Below are positions 38,423 to 49,571 of a stretch of 64,000 nucleotides of DNA, one piece after another; position 1 is the first letter of the stretch; every line of letters starts with the position of its first letter. The DNA is taken from the IMG/VR virus record IMGVR_UViG_3300031687_001264; one strand, written 5' to 3'. A program made the translations under genes and the position numbers. Origin of the DNA: a virus (Duplodnaviria; Heunggongvirae; Uroviricota; Caudoviricetes). Under the pieces are notes generated by a model. That model did not search any database, was not told the origin of the DNA, and was given only the letters and a program-made list of their open reading frames with translations.

Positions 38423-38752
38423 TTAAAGATAACGCGGACCTGTCCATTGAACAGTATAACCACCATCAACAATGTTACCACGAGGCTTATTGCGTGCTGG
38501 AGTAGAATAACCTGCTGCCATTAAGATATCGCCTTTTTTAAATTTAACATCATCATCAACATTAACAACGAAGCCCCATACAGCACGATCAGTCATTACT
38601 TTTATGTATTTTTTACCAACTTTGTAAGACAACCCATCATTGAAGTCTTTAGTCATGCGCTGACGAATTTCAGACTTACCACCAACAAACAAGTAGTCTG
38701 CTTTGATGTTGTCTAACAAGGTATTCATTTCAGTGCTAAGTACAGTATTCAT
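38423..38752 (-). CDS. hypothetical protein
   Basis: ORF with its own promoter. Confidence 0.45.
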   Translation of the reverse strand: MNTVLSTEMNTLLDNIKADYLFVGGKSEIRQRMTKDFNDGLSYKVGKKYIKVMTDRAVWGFVVNVDDDVKFKKGDILMAAGYSTPARNKPRGNIVDGGYTVQWTGPRYL

Positions 38753-38788
38753 AATCTTTCTCGCTTTGCTTTATTAACTTACTTAATA

Positions 38789-38817
38789 ATTATATCAAGA
38801 ATCCTTACTTTTGTCAA
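38789..38817 (-). promoter_or_regulatory. sigma70-type early promoter (minus strand)
   Basis: Reverse complement TTGACAaaagtaaggattcttgaTATAAT. Confidence 0.55.
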
Positions 38818-38833
38818 GCGTTTTCAAGTATTT

Positions 38834-39979
38834 TTATGAAAATAAATTACGAGAAATTATTACTTTCATAATCTCGCTCGTGCCTGCATATATACGCTGA
38901 ACGCGTGAATCAAGGAATGCTCTCGCCACTGGATATTCCATCATATATCCATAACCACCATGTAATTGTAAACACTCATCAATCACTTTACATTGTAGTT
39001 CAGAAGTCATCAACTTTACTTTTGCTGCCGTAACATCATCTAACTTACCTTCTACTAACAGTTCAAGACAACGATCAACGAACACTTGTGCTACTGTAAT
39101 GTCAGTATCCATTTCTGCTAACTTGAACTGAGTGTTCTGAAAAACTGCAATAGGTTTGCCAAATGCTTTACGCTCTGCTGTATATGCAATAGTCTGCTGT
39201 AGAATAGACTGTGCTGATGCAATAGCACCTACCGATACTGACATACGCTCGGTTGGTAATTCACTCATAAGCATAATGAAACCCATACCTTCACTTCCCA
39301 ATAGGTTCTCTACTGGAACGCGAACATTATCAAAAAATAATTCAGAAGTATCTTGCGAATGTAATCCGATCTTCTTCAAGTTCTGACCACGAGAGAATCC
39401 GACACTATCTGCTTCTACTAAGAATAGAGAAATTCCCTTTGCGCCCGCTGTCGAATCAGTCTTTGCAACTACTAACACTAGATCAGCATGTTGACCATTA
39501 GTAATGAATACTTTAGAACCATTCAATATATAATCGTTGCCATCTTTTACTGCTGTCGTTTTAATACCTTGCAAATCTGATCCTGCTGCTGGTTCTGACA
39601 TAGCAAGTGCTAATACAATATCGCCCGTAATACATCCCGGAAGATATTTTTCTTTTTGTTCTTGTGTACCATAATTCATTATATATGGAACAGTGATATC
39701 CGAATGAATACTAAAACCTACCGCTGGACTAATAAATCCCATCGCTGATAGTTCTTCACCGATGACAGCGTTGACTCGGAAATCTGCTTCCATTCCACCA
39801 AACTCTGCTGATACATTAGGTGATAATAATCCCGCTTCACCTGCTTTACGCCACATTTCACGATCTACTTGACCATCTTCTTCCCATTGCTCATAGAATG
39901 GAGCAATATGCTCAGTCGCAAAACTACGCACTGCATCTCGGATTAGATTGTGTTCTGTTTCAAAAATTGTTCTTTCCAT
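38834..39979 (-). CDS. acyl-CoA dehydrogenase
   Basis: ACAD C-terminal signature ...RIYAGTSEIMKVIISR. Start set at MERTIFE after RBS agagg. Confidence 0.8.
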   Translation of the reverse strand: MERTIFETEHNLIRDAVRSFATEHIAPFYEQWEEDGQVDREMWRKAGEAGLLSPNVSAEFGGMEADFRVNAVIGEELSAMGFISPAVGFSIHSDITVPYIMNYGTQEQKEKYLPGCITGDIVLALAMSEPAAGSDLQGIKTTAVKDGNDYILNGSKVFITNGQHADLVLVVAKTDSTAGAKGISLFLVEADSVGFSRGQNLKKIGLHSQDTSELFFDNVRVPVENLLGSEGMGFIMLMSELPTERMSVSVGAIASAQSILQQTIAYTAERKAFGKPIAVFQNTQFKLAEMDTDITVAQVFVDRCLELLVEGKLDDVTAAKVKLMTSELQCKVIDECLQLHGGYGYMMEYPVARAFLDSRVQRIYAGTSEIMKVIISRNLFS

Positions 39980-40094
39980 TTCTTTACCTCTTGTATTGCA
40001 TTGTATTTGTATAACCAACAAGTAATCTGAATATTCCACCAATGGGAGCGTAGAATATAAAGATACCTATATTGTTCGTGCTTAGGAAACATTA

Positions 40095-42737
40095 TCAAAA
40101 TTCAAATAAATCAGAGAATGTGTTATTCGCTGCTGCTGATTGCAAATCCCATTTCAACACACCGATTAGATTTTCAATCTTCTTGGTGATAATAGTTTCT
40201 TCCATTAATCCATCATCGAATGGTAGTTCTTTAAACCAATCAGGAATACGCTTAGTGTCAGTAGGATAACCAATACTAGTCATACCCATCGGATTCTTCT
40301 TCAACTTACACACAATCGTTTTCATACCATCAGTGATATCAATACTATATGCATCATCATTGATATGTTTCAAACGATTCCAATTGATTGCTGCCATCGC
40401 ATGACCAACACCACACTTACCAATCTTATTATATTTCTTTGTATGATTAGTCAAGTTGTTTACACGCTTAGGTGTACCCTTCTGCCAACTATCCATTGCC
40501 CTGAACTCACTACGGAATGCCACAATACGATCTATTACGATAGGCTCGTCAACACTGGTTAGTACCATTTCAAGAATCTCTTTCAAGAACTCTTGCATGA
40601 ACTTAGGTGTATCACTACGCTTCAAGTCAAGTCCCATCGCTTTGATTTTGCCGGGCTTGTCATCTACATCAGTTCGCTTTCCCTCGTCGTCAATCACCAT
40701 AAGTGCATAACGCTTCTTTTTTACAAAGAGACCAGAACTCGCAACAACTTCACGACCCGCTGCGATGATCGTTCCTAACGCGTGTGTAGCATGGAATGTG
40801 TCTTGCATGAATTTAGCAAAAGAAGTATCAACCTCTTCGCATACCGCATCGTAATACGCAATCATTGTATCTTTATCCCAGTTAATCGAACCATCTTCGA
40901 TTTGATCTTTTAGGATAGGATATGCACTAAAGTACGCAGAGTCAGTATCACCATATACAATAGATTTACCTACGTGATTGTATTCACCAGCAATAACTTC
41001 ATTCACTTTCGCAGACATATGTCGAGCAATGCAACGACCTGTCAGTGTAGTCGACTGACCCAATCGCTCATCAAAGAAACGAGATCCAGGGTTTAGTAGG
41101 GCACCATACAATGAGTTAAGCAAGATCTTTTTAACTAACTGTCGTTTATCCCAATATGCAAATTTATCGCCACCTTCATCGCGAGAATCACGTGCTTTTG
41201 CTTGTAGTACCTTTCGTTCTGCATACCAAGTTTCAAGCAATTGTGGAACAATGCCTTTCTTCTCATGTGTGAATAATGTACCGTTTGCTGTAAGTATCCA
41301 AGGTTGATCACTTTCAAATACAAGTTCGTAGATTTCTGCACCAGATAAAGTATGAGCAGTACCATCTTCAAATTCAAGTGTCAGTAATGACGTGGTGTTC
41401 TTTTCCATAACCATTTCATATTCTATACAAGCAAATCTACCTTCCCAAGCCTTTGGTACGTTTAAGTCATGCTCTTCAAGCATCTGTCTAGTATGTGTGT
41501 GCTTTATCTGACCAATAATTGTCTCGGTAGACATATTACATGCACGCAAGATAGACGGATATAATGAATTCAAGTCAATTGATGCGATGTCTCTATGAAC
41601 ACCCTTCACAGGAGTTGCTACATACGCTCCTGCTGCTGCAATAGGCTTTTCTCCACGCTTCTTGTCAGGTACAATTAAACCGTTTGCATGTGCTTCATTA
41701 ATGATTGCCTGATCAATCTGTGCAACTGATCCCATTGTTGTTGGTAGTAGAACAGTGTTTGAGTGTGCAATAAGATTTGCCAAATCAATAAATTGAAGTT
41801 TCTCATCTAATCGAACCATCAAGTCAACATCTTGTATACTATACTGAATGAACTTAAAAAAGTCATTATGGTATAATTGATCTAGTGTTCCTTCGTATTC
41901 AACCTTTTGATCACCTAATTCATATTCACATATAGCATCCAATGAGTATGAGTGCATTTCGTGATATGTATATTTACGATACAATTCAAGATAATCAAGA
42001 TGTATACGACCAATCAAATCATATGTCTGTGTTTCTTTTCCGTATTTAACAACTTCTTTCTGCTTTGGAAACTGATCCCATAAACATAATTGTCGTGTGT
42101 GACTCTTACTCAATATACGCGCTATACGATTTACTGTATACGGAATATCAAATCCCTCACTGTTCCAACCCGTCAACACATCTGCTTCTTGAATTAACTC
42201 CAAGAATGATATCAACATTGACTCTTCAGTCTCACACAAGATAGCATTGTCAAACCTATCAACAATCGCTTGTGCATCTTCCTCAGTCATTGTACTAGGC
42301 TTGATTGCCAAACACACTGTTTGTTTCATCCAACTCATATGCACCGATATAGCAGTAATCGCGTTAAACGGATCATCTGGCGGCGCATAACCTATCTCTT
42401 TATTAAAGTCTGTCTCGATATCGAATAATGCTACGTTGAGTGTGGGTGGTTCAGCATCAAGATAATTATCTGCGAGACATCGAAACACTGGGTTTGTGTC
42501 ACTCTCAAATAAACCTTTACGATGATGCAACTTCTTCTCTGCGGCAAATTTACGACCAGAATTACACACCACTCGCTCTAACGAATCACCAAAGATCGAA
42601 GTATATTTTCCCTTCGGTGACGGATAGTACAATGTATGATGCGCAGGATATTCAAGAAAACGACGGACACCATTCACACGTTCCACCACATGAATGATAT
42701 CCTTGTCACGATCAATTAACCCGTCGACATAACTCAT
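40095..42737 (-). CDS. family B DNA polymerase (T4 gp43-like)
   Basis: Exonuclease motif FDIETD, SLYPS and YGDTDS. 880 aa. Confidence 0.9.
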   Translation of the reverse strand: MSYVDGLIDRDKDIIHVVERVNGVRRFLEYPAHHTLYYPSPKGKYTSIFGDSLERVVCNSGRKFAAEKKLHHRKGLFESDTNPVFRCLADNYLDAEPPTLNVALFDIETDFNKEIGYAPPDDPFNAITAISVHMSWMKQTVCLAIKPSTMTEEDAQAIVDRFDNAILCETEESMLISFLELIQEADVLTGWNSEGFDIPYTVNRIARILSKSHTRQLCLWDQFPKQKEVVKYGKETQTYDLIGRIHLDYLELYRKYTYHEMHSYSLDAICEYELGDQKVEYEGTLDQLYHNDFFKFIQYSIQDVDLMVRLDEKLQFIDLANLIAHSNTVLLPTTMGSVAQIDQAIINEAHANGLIVPDKKRGEKPIAAAGAYVATPVKGVHRDIASIDLNSLYPSILRACNMSTETIIGQIKHTHTRQMLEEHDLNVPKAWEGRFACIEYEMVMEKNTTSLLTLEFEDGTAHTLSGAEIYELVFESDQPWILTANGTLFTHEKKGIVPQLLETWYAERKVLQAKARDSRDEGGDKFAYWDKRQLVKKILLNSLYGALLNPGSRFFDERLGQSTTLTGRCIARHMSAKVNEVIAGEYNHVGKSIVYGDTDSAYFSAYPILKDQIEDGSINWDKDTMIAYYDAVCEEVDTSFAKFMQDTFHATHALGTIIAAGREVVASSGLFVKKKRYALMVIDDEGKRTDVDDKPGKIKAMGLDLKRSDTPKFMQEFLKEILEMVLTSVDEPIVIDRIVAFRSEFRAMDSWQKGTPKRVNNLTNHTKKYNKIGKCGVGHAMAAINWNRLKHINDDAYSIDITDGMKTIVCKLKKNPMGMTSIGYPTDTKRIPDWFKELPFDDGLMEETIITKKIENLIGVLKWDLQSAAANNTFSDLFEF

Positions 42738-42992
42738 TTACAGAGTGCGTCCAGTGATCTCAAGGATATCTTCCAGTTCACTGAAATCTTCACGGTTCTT
42801 TTGAAATTCTGATTTATATGCAATACGGATTGCTTTGTTTAGAATTGCAGGTTTTACATCTAGTTCTTCTGCAATTGCTGCTACGGTATCCTTTAGACCT
42901 TCTTTTAACACATTCACTTCTTCTGTGATATGCATGCCTTCAGTGATAATTTGCTTTAGTTTTTTTACGTCTTCTGGTGAAAAATGAGCCAT
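42738..42992 (-). CDS. hypothetical protein
   Basis: ORF abutting the polymerase start. Confidence 0.45.
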   Translation of the reverse strand: MAHFSPEDVKKLKQIITEGMHITEEVNVLKEGLKDTVAAIAEELDVKPAILNKAIRIAYKSEFQKNREDFSELEDILEITGRTL

Positions 42993-43137
42993 TTTGATAT
43001 TCTCTTTAAATTAATGAATATGCATATTAGTCAATGCATTACACTATAATACACTATAAACACAGAGTTGTCAATTGATTTTTTAGGTTATTTACAAAGA
43101 GAATGATAATTGCACTGAGTAGTGCAATCAAGGGATA

Positions 43138-44190
43138 CTACAAGTCTAATACAACTCCAGTGGAAAATGGTGCATTAGTAACCACTAGTCTTAAATTGTT
43201 TTTATGCGTTTCTGGATTCTTTAATAACTTAGACAAGCCTAATGTATTTTTTTCATCATATGCTACTTGAACTGTCTGGTTATCTGCTAAGTCACGCTTA
43301 CGCATTCTAAAATAGAAATTACCTATTTTATTAATATACTCTTCTACTGTATAGAATTTTCCATTTAAATTCAATATATTATTATCACCAACTTCACCAA
43401 TAGCATTCATAGGACCCACATACATATAATCAATAGGACCGCCCATTTCTTCGTTACCTCTCATGATGCTTTCTACATAATCATCTGGTACACGAACAAA
43501 TATTTCTGGAATATGCTTTGCTGCGATAATATCACCATTGCTTAATCCCAATTCATTCTTCATAAACTCTTCAATTCTTGCGAATATCTTTTTGAATAAA
43601 TCTGGGGCTACTGAATTAATGCCCGCTGCACCACCACCACCTAATGAAGGAGCAGTTGTTCCTTTCATTGAGATACCATAATCTTTACCAGTACTATCAG
43701 TTATGAATATATCAATGTATCGTTCTTTGTTCATTGCATTCATTCCCTCATTACTACGGGATGACTGCGCTGTAATACCCATTGTGTCAATAACACTGCC
43801 TGGGTTATTATTGATAATGTTTATTAAACCATATTCTTGCTTTTCAGAAGTTTCTTTTTTACTACCAATACCACCGAATTCTTTTGTTTTCAGTAATTGA
43901 GTGAGTCGTATTGAACCACCATCTACCAACTCAAATATCGCTGGTATATCATTCTTCTGCAAACGCTCAATCACATCTGAATCATTAACTAACACAATAG
44001 ATGGCTCAGTCTCTCCAACTTTTACAAATGGAGAACCCGATTGGATTTTTGCTATGAATGTTTCCAAACGTTTGCCTCCATATTTGCGTAACTCTTGTTG
44101 AGTTAGCGATGCTTCTTGTAAAAATTGTATTGCTTTCATAATAGTTCTCTTATTAAGATGGTATGCACTTATTGCACTGACATGAATCAC
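43138..44190 (-). CDS. hypothetical protein
   Basis: ORF only. Confidence 0.5.
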   Translation of the reverse strand: MIHVSAISAYHLNKRTIMKAIQFLQEASLTQQELRKYGGKRLETFIAKIQSGSPFVKVGETEPSIVLVNDSDVIERLQKNDIPAIFELVDGGSIRLTQLLKTKEFGGIGSKKETSEKQEYGLINIINNNPGSVIDTMGITAQSSRSNEGMNAMNKERYIDIFITDSTGKDYGISMKGTTAPSLGGGGAAGINSVAPDLFKKIFARIEEFMKNELGLSNGDIIAAKHIPEIFVRVPDDYVESIMRGNEEMGGPIDYMYVGPMNAIGEVGDNNILNLNGKFYTVEEYINKIGNFYFRMRKRDLADNQTVQVAYDEKNTLGLSKLLKNPETHKNNLRLVVTNAPFSTGVVLDL

Positions 44191-44313
44191 ACACTTTAAT
44201 TCGTCTAGGCGGTTCGCCCAAGATGGTTAGTGTGCGATATTTTGCGGCGTGTCCATGACAGATTCCACCACATTGCTTGCATTCTGTCTTACTTTCCAGT
44301 GAGGGTTCAAACA

Positions 44314-45351
44314 TTACTTTTTCGCGTTTAATTTTGCTTTCTTTCTAGCAGATTCAAACATAGATGATGCCTGTTCTGCAACATGTACAGTATCTAGCAA
44401 ATATGCTGATACACCAGCCGTTGATTTTAATTTCCAAATCGCTGCTGCTTTGGTTGCTGCTTCATAACTAGTAGATGCTTTAACTTCAATTGGTTGCTTC
44501 TTTACATGAAGCACTTTATACGGACGCAATGCTTCTTCTTCTGTAACACCTACTACAGTTGGTGCTAGTGGTAGATTTTCAAGAGATTTAACTGCATCGT
44601 AACCTGTCTTGATCTCAGTAATGATCTCGTACGCTGCGCGTAACTTATCAAGCACTTCTTGTGATACTTCTTCTTCATCTTGTACCATTTTGTGTAGACG
44701 TGTTGCACTTTTTGCAAGCATGTACAATGTGTACTTAGCCATTACACCAGTGTCTTCTTCTTCACTTAATACGCCTTCGTTAATTTTTTTGTTTGTCATG
44801 GGGATTTCCTGTTTGGTTGATTCTTCAATTTTACGAATTACGTTGTAGCCTTGGCTATCATCAATTCTGTATGTGTCGTTATGTACTGGGATAGATTTTC
44901 TAGATTTACCAAATCCTACAATTACTGTTCGCTTATCTTTATCAAGATTGACTCCTACTATTTCTGCTACATTAGTATCATCAATTTCAATATAAACTGT
45001 ATCACCACGTCCAATCAAGTTAGAAACTTCTTGTGATAACGGTAATGTTGAGTTTTTACCAGATTCATCAAATTGGCTGCCATGCTTTATTGATTTACCT
45101 GACATCTTGCGCCACCATTTTTTCATCTTACTTGATAACTTCTTACGATCCGCTGGATCTCGTATATCAAATTCATCAGTATATGAATCAATAATTTCTA
45201 TAATAAACTGCTGCTCACTAGAATCGTGTATATTATATAGATTTATAATCTCAGTTCCATATTCTATTGCATCTGCGCCGTACATGTGATTCCAATTCGC
45301 AAGGTCTTTTTTCTTTATTTTTGTGTTTTCACTTAATTGATTAAATCTCAT
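44314..45351 (-). CDS. hypothetical protein
   Basis: ORF only. Confidence 0.5.
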   Translation of the reverse strand: MRFNQLSENTKIKKKDLANWNHMYGADAIEYGTEIINLYNIHDSSEQQFIIEIIDSYTDEFDIRDPADRKKLSSKMKKWWRKMSGKSIKHGSQFDESGKNSTLPLSQEVSNLIGRGDTVYIEIDDTNVAEIVGVNLDKDKRTVIVGFGKSRKSIPVHNDTYRIDDSQGYNVIRKIEESTKQEIPMTNKKINEGVLSEEEDTGVMAKYTLYMLAKSATRLHKMVQDEEEVSQEVLDKLRAAYEIITEIKTGYDAVKSLENLPLAPTVVGVTEEEALRPYKVLHVKKQPIEVKASTSYEAATKAAAIWKLKSTAGVSAYLLDTVHVAEQASSMFESARKKAKLNAKK

Positions 45352-45353
45352 TT

Positions 45354-45581
45354 CTATTTCTTATCCAGTTTGTATTGCCTAAAGCCTTTAAATGATTTAT
45401 TTGATTTTCCTGAACCTAAATGTCCTTTCGGATCAACTGCCTTTCTAGAAGCCATTTTGGTAGTTCCGGGAGTCATTGGAAACGAAACACTGGCTATATT
45501 GCCTGCCATTGTATCACCTGCTGCTGCCTCTTCACTTATAATTTCATTAATTTTCATAATATTATTTATGCAATAATGCAC
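45354..45581 (-). CDS. hypothetical small protein
   Basis: GTG start after RBS aaggag. Confidence 0.4.
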   Translation of the reverse strand: MHYCINNIMKINEIISEEAAAGDTMAGNIASVSFPMTPGTTKMASRKAVDPKGHLGSGKSNKSFKGFRQYKLDKK

Positions 45582-45582
45582 T

Positions 45583-45816
45583 TTACTCCTTATCTGTTTG
45601 CTTAACTAATTGCTTCGATATACGTCTATCTTGCTTTTTGCTAGACTTCTTCGCTTTCTGTTTCTTTGCAACTACTGTCCTATGTTCATATAATTCATAA
45701 TCTTCTTCGTCTTTATGTTCTAGTCCTGTCCATATTTTTGCATCTTCTTTTGCAACACTATTCATAGGACCATGTAAATCTTCGATGTCATGGTGTTCTA
45801 CTTTCTTGTTAGCCAT
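45583..45816 (-). CDS. hypothetical basic small protein
   Basis: ORF only. Confidence 0.4.
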   Translation of the reverse strand: MANKKVEHHDIEDLHGPMNSVAKEDAKIWTGLEHKDEEDYELYEHRTVVAKKQKAKKSSKKQDRRISKQLVKQTDKE

Positions 45817-45839
45817 AAATTGTCTCCCTACATAACTAT

Positions 45840-46220
45840 TTATCTATAAAATTGAACTCTCATCTTTGCATTATTTGCAACTTTTAAACTCGCTTTATTA
45901 TCTGGGTTAATCATGCACCACAATTGTCTATCGTAAAATATTTCTTTTATTTCCTTAATCGCTGCGGTCGCTATACCATTATTTTGATATATACTTGCAA
46001 CCAAATATGCAGTCTCGTGTGTATCTTTTATCTCTATTGCACCTGCAAGTATACCACCGTTAATCCAAATACCCCATGTATTATACTCAGTAATAAATGA
46101 TAACGCTACTTCTTTTGTAAATGGCCACGTGATGTATGCTGCTTCTGCTATATCTTTCTTTACGATGGCTTGCAGTTTATATACATCAGTAGCCTTTAAT
46201 CTACATACAGTAATATTCAT
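45840..46220 (-). CDS. GNAT-family acetyltransferase (putative)
   Basis: YQNNGIATAAIKEI resembles GNAT motif A. Confidence 0.4.
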   Translation of the reverse strand: MNITVCRLKATDVYKLQAIVKKDIAEAAYITWPFTKEVALSFITEYNTWGIWINGGILAGAIEIKDTHETAYLVASIYQNNGIATAAIKEIKEIFYDRQLWCMINPDNKASLKVANNAKMRVQFYR

Positions 46221-46726
46221 TATTTCTCTATATCTTGTTCACTTATGGTTACATTTGGATACTGCTTATTAAATACCTTCACCAATGCTCGTCTGTCAAA
46301 ATCATGTGCAGTACGCCTTGATACTAACGCTGCTAGTTTGTTTAAACCATACGATGGGAATTCCACATGAAAACTAGACATCATTTCTGCTGCTTTATTA
46401 TACATCTTTGCATGTGATGGAAGCACCATACCCATTAATGCTCCTATAGACTCGTCTAAGACATTATCTGTGGTTGCGGCGAGTCTAATGTCATTGGTGT
46501 ACTCAATTTCGTTAACAATGCCATTAGCGATACGTACACTTGCTCTATCCATCATACGCTTCACTTTCATGATGCCTTTACCAGTTTTAAACAATCCTTT
46601 CAACACTGGAACTGTCATAGTCAATGCTGCGCTTAATGCTACTATCTCTTCACCAGACAATGACATCAATGTCTTTGCTATTTCCATAGCGTCTTCTTTA
46701 ATGGTAACTACTTCATTAATTTTCAT
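46220..46726 (-). CDS. hypothetical protein
   Basis: ORF only. Confidence 0.45.
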   Translation of the reverse strand: MKINEVVTIKEDAMEIAKTLMSLSGEEIVALSAALTMTVPVLKGLFKTGKGIMKVKRMMDRASVRIANGIVNEIEYTNDIRLAATTDNVLDESIGALMGMVLPSHAKMYNKAAEMMSSFHVEFPSYGLNKLAALVSRRTAHDFDRRALVKVFNKQYPNVTISEQDIEK

Positions 46727-46728
46727 TC

Positions 46729-47727
46729 TTATTCTCCTAGTCCCATATTAAATAATTTATGAGATGAACTGCCGCCCAATATAGGCGGACCCTTCTTTGT
46801 TATTTTGTTTCCGAACTTTGCTGCTTGTCGCTCAGTTTCACCCGGCTTTACATCTACTGTGGTATTAACGCCCTGTACAATCTTTCCATCTTCTACTATT
46901 GATTCGTTTACTTTAAACTCCCAAGAGTCAATTTTGCTAGGAACAATAACACCACGAGGCGCTGAATATCTACTTACATCTAGCGTATCTTGCCACCATA
47001 CTCCATCAAGTCCTGCTTGCTCTGCATATAAGGGTAGAACAAAATCTAGTACACCAGTTGCTTCCATGCGTTTCTGTCTTGCTGCTTTTTTCAGTTTATC
47101 AGTTGGAACAATCCCACCCTTGTCTACTTCAACGTCATAGTGTTCTAATTCACCATCATATTCATATTCTGCATCTGCCATTGAGGTGAATGTTTGACAT
47201 AAAGTATCTTCCATTTCATCATCGTAAGCACATACTGTAACCGTTTCTTGCTGGGCTAAGTATTCATTTTCAATTGCCCATTGTTTGATTACTTCGTCAT
47301 GCGAATCTGTAAGTGCATGTGCATTTAGGAATCTGTTTCCATTTTTGATAGCACTATATGTATCCCCAGTTACATGTCCTCTAGCAATCTTTTTCCAATC
47401 TTCTGGATGGGTACTCACGCTCAACCCTGCGCCCTCATATCCATCACGCTTCTTTGACGCATCTAATGTGCCAACATGATATAAATCTTTCACTGATGTA
47501 ACTGGCAATGCCGGCGATTGGTCTTCTTGTACCAACTTACTATGACGATCCTTAAATACTTTCTTGTCACCTTTCGTCGTCTTCATAACAGGATGATTAT
47601 TCTTGTCTTTAGTGAATCCCTTTACTACCGCTTTACTATTCTTGAATTTACCAACCAATACCTCATCGCCTACTTCTATATCAGGCAATTCTAATTTTGC
47701 TGGTTCTACTATTTCGTTTATTTTCAT
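46729..47727 (-). CDS. hypothetical protein (possibly virion-associated)
   Basis: ORF in the late block. Confidence 0.45.
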   Translation of the reverse strand: MKINEIVEPAKLELPDIEVGDEVLVGKFKNSKAVVKGFTKDKNNHPVMKTTKGDKKVFKDRHSKLVQEDQSPALPVTSVKDLYHVGTLDASKKRDGYEGAGLSVSTHPEDWKKIARGHVTGDTYSAIKNGNRFLNAHALTDSHDEVIKQWAIENEYLAQQETVTVCAYDDEMEDTLCQTFTSMADAEYEYDGELEHYDVEVDKGGIVPTDKLKKAARQKRMEATGVLDFVLPLYAEQAGLDGVWWQDTLDVSRYSAPRGVIVPSKIDSWEFKVNESIVEDGKIVQGVNTTVDVKPGETERQAAKFGNKITKKGPPILGGSSSHKLFNMGLGE

Positions 47728-48590
47728 ACGTGATCCTTTAGTTCATCTGGAATACCAACTGCACCTACTTGTGCATTATTTGCAAAATTTGCAAATATCG
47801 TATTTTTATCTTCATCTGTGAAATTCTGTGTTACCGCATCTACCAATGTCTCAAGACTATACAACACATCACTATCACCTAGGTTTAATACATCTGCAAT
47901 CTGCTCATCTGTCTTCCAAGGTCCAGCAATTATTGTGTTCTTGTTTTTTGCTGTGAATCCATTACCATCTTTTCTTGGTACTGGTGTACGATTAACACGA
48001 ACTAATCCATCTCTTGGGCTAAACATAAACATTTCTGTTTCTTCATATCGTCCGTCTGGTAGTTGATTACCACGATTTTCTCTATTAAATACTGCTGCAA
48101 TTGACGCAACCATAATGTTACGATGCATACCTTTGTACTTACTTGAACGACCATCATCTGACATTCCTGCTTCATGTGGTGAATGATAATACACCTTCAT
48201 CCAATCAGGATCGCCTGGCATAAAATCAACTTGGACAAAACCAGTTCTATCTTTTCCATCAACTTCTTTACTGTCATCATAATCTTGTATTTTTACTTTT
48301 GTCATGATAACACTACTCTTTGACGTATCAATTATTTCTGGAATAGTCTTTAATTTTTCATAGAAGGCTGGGATATCTTCTGCTGGGATATTTAATGCTA
48401 CATCAATATCACCTGAAAATTGCTTCTTACCCACTGAACCTAATACATTGTTAAGCAAATCAATACCTAACACTTTCTCTAATGATTGCAATGTGGGAGT
48501 TATTTCGGATACATGGATTGCACCAACTCCTGGGAACGCGCCCTTACCTTCTGTGATTCTCATTGAACCATCAAATTCATTTAATCTCAT
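47724..48590 (-). CDS. hypothetical protein
   Basis: ORF only. Confidence 0.45.
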   Translation of the reverse strand: MRLNEFDGSMRITEGKGAFPGVGAIHVSEITPTLQSLEKVLGIDLLNNVLGSVGKKQFSGDIDVALNIPAEDIPAFYEKLKTIPEIIDTSKSSVIMTKVKIQDYDDSKEVDGKDRTGFVQVDFMPGDPDWMKVYYHSPHEAGMSDDGRSSKYKGMHRNIMVASIAAVFNRENRGNQLPDGRYEETEMFMFSPRDGLVRVNRTPVPRKDGNGFTAKNKNTIIAGPWKTDEQIADVLNLGDSDVLYSLETLVDAVTQNFTDEDKNTIFANFANNAQVGAVGIPDELKDHV

Positions 48591-48593
48591 AAT

Positions 48594-48833
48594 CTAATCC
48601 TTTTCATACGGCTTTTCGCCTGTCATTTTTGGCAACGAAAACCATAGTTTAAACCATTCGGGCGTGCCAGGCTTGATGTCATGCTCTCGTTCAAGTTTAC
48701 GTTTTTCTGAACCCGTAATTGATATATTAGATTCATCATCTCCGTCTACAATATCCTTATCGGTATTGTACGGTTGATAAATTCCTGCTAATATTTTTAG
48801 TTGTTTAATTTCTTCTTCTAAAGACATGGACAT
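48594..48833 (-). CDS. hypothetical small protein
   Basis: Late-promoter-like ATAAATACT upstream. Confidence 0.4.
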   Translation of the reverse strand: MSMSLEEEIKQLKILAGIYQPYNTDKDIVDGDDESNISITGSEKRKLEREHDIKPGTPEWFKLWFSLPKMTGEKPYEKD

Positions 48834-48903
48834 GACATAATACCTCTATTAATTATAGTAGTATTTATGCTGTTGTTTAATTTACTGAGAGTTTTAAAGT
48901 ACA

Positions 48904-49305
48904 CTAACTTCTGCACAATGCTTCAAGCATCTTGAAATAATCCCAAGCATCTTGAACTGCGGGTGTCATATGTTCTTCTAACGGTATAATGTTGTACCAA
49001 TAATTTGGCAAACTACTTATTGAATCTAGCACGTGTGTGCGTTCTCGTTTTACTAATTTTCCATCAAATAACAAATCATCTATCAAATTGTGAACATCTT
49101 CTTTATCGTAGAAATTCAATTTATGTCTGTTATTTCCCATCATCAAATGAATAGGATCAATCGTATTCTTCCAGAATATATTCCATTGGTCGTCATCTCT
49201 GAAATCAATTTCAACGCAAGTTACTATTAGTAACACATCGCTATAATCTACTTTCTTTTCTAGAATATCGCTCAAGCAACGGACTAAATCAAATCCAAGT
49301 AACAT
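48904..49305 (-). CDS. hypothetical protein
   Basis: ORF only. Confidence 0.4.
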   Translation of the reverse strand: MLLGFDLVRCLSDILEKKVDYSDVLLIVTCVEIDFRDDDQWNIFWKNTIDPIHLMMGNNRHKLNFYDKEDVHNLIDDLLFDGKLVKRERTHVLDSISSLPNYWYNIIPLEEHMTPAVQDAWDYFKMLEALCRS

Positions 49306-49571
49306 TACTTATTTTGTAACAACTTTATGTTTAATATGAAATTTTCAACAATCAATTTTGTGACCGTTGCAAGTAACACTACTTCGTGATCATCTGGGCT
49401 TCGCATCATATGATCAGACAATACCTGATTCGCTATGAGGTTATATGCTGACTCTTCACTCACATTTAACTCTTCCCAATTAATGGGATCTTCAATTTCT
49501 ACTTCTCTTGCGATTTCTACTAATTGCTCTACTGTGGGTATTTTATTATTCATACTTATATTTAGTATCAT
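49305..49571 (-). CDS. hypothetical protein
   Basis: ORF only. Confidence 0.4.
   Translation of the reverse strand: MILNISMNNKIPTVEQLVEIAREVEIEDPINWEELNVSEESAYNLIANQVLSDHMMRSPDDHEVVLLATVTKLIVENFILNIKLLQNK

Noticed and set aside
43138-44190. UvsX/RecA-like recombinase next to the polymerase block
   Set aside because: No Walker A/B motifs are present. It is left as hypothetical.
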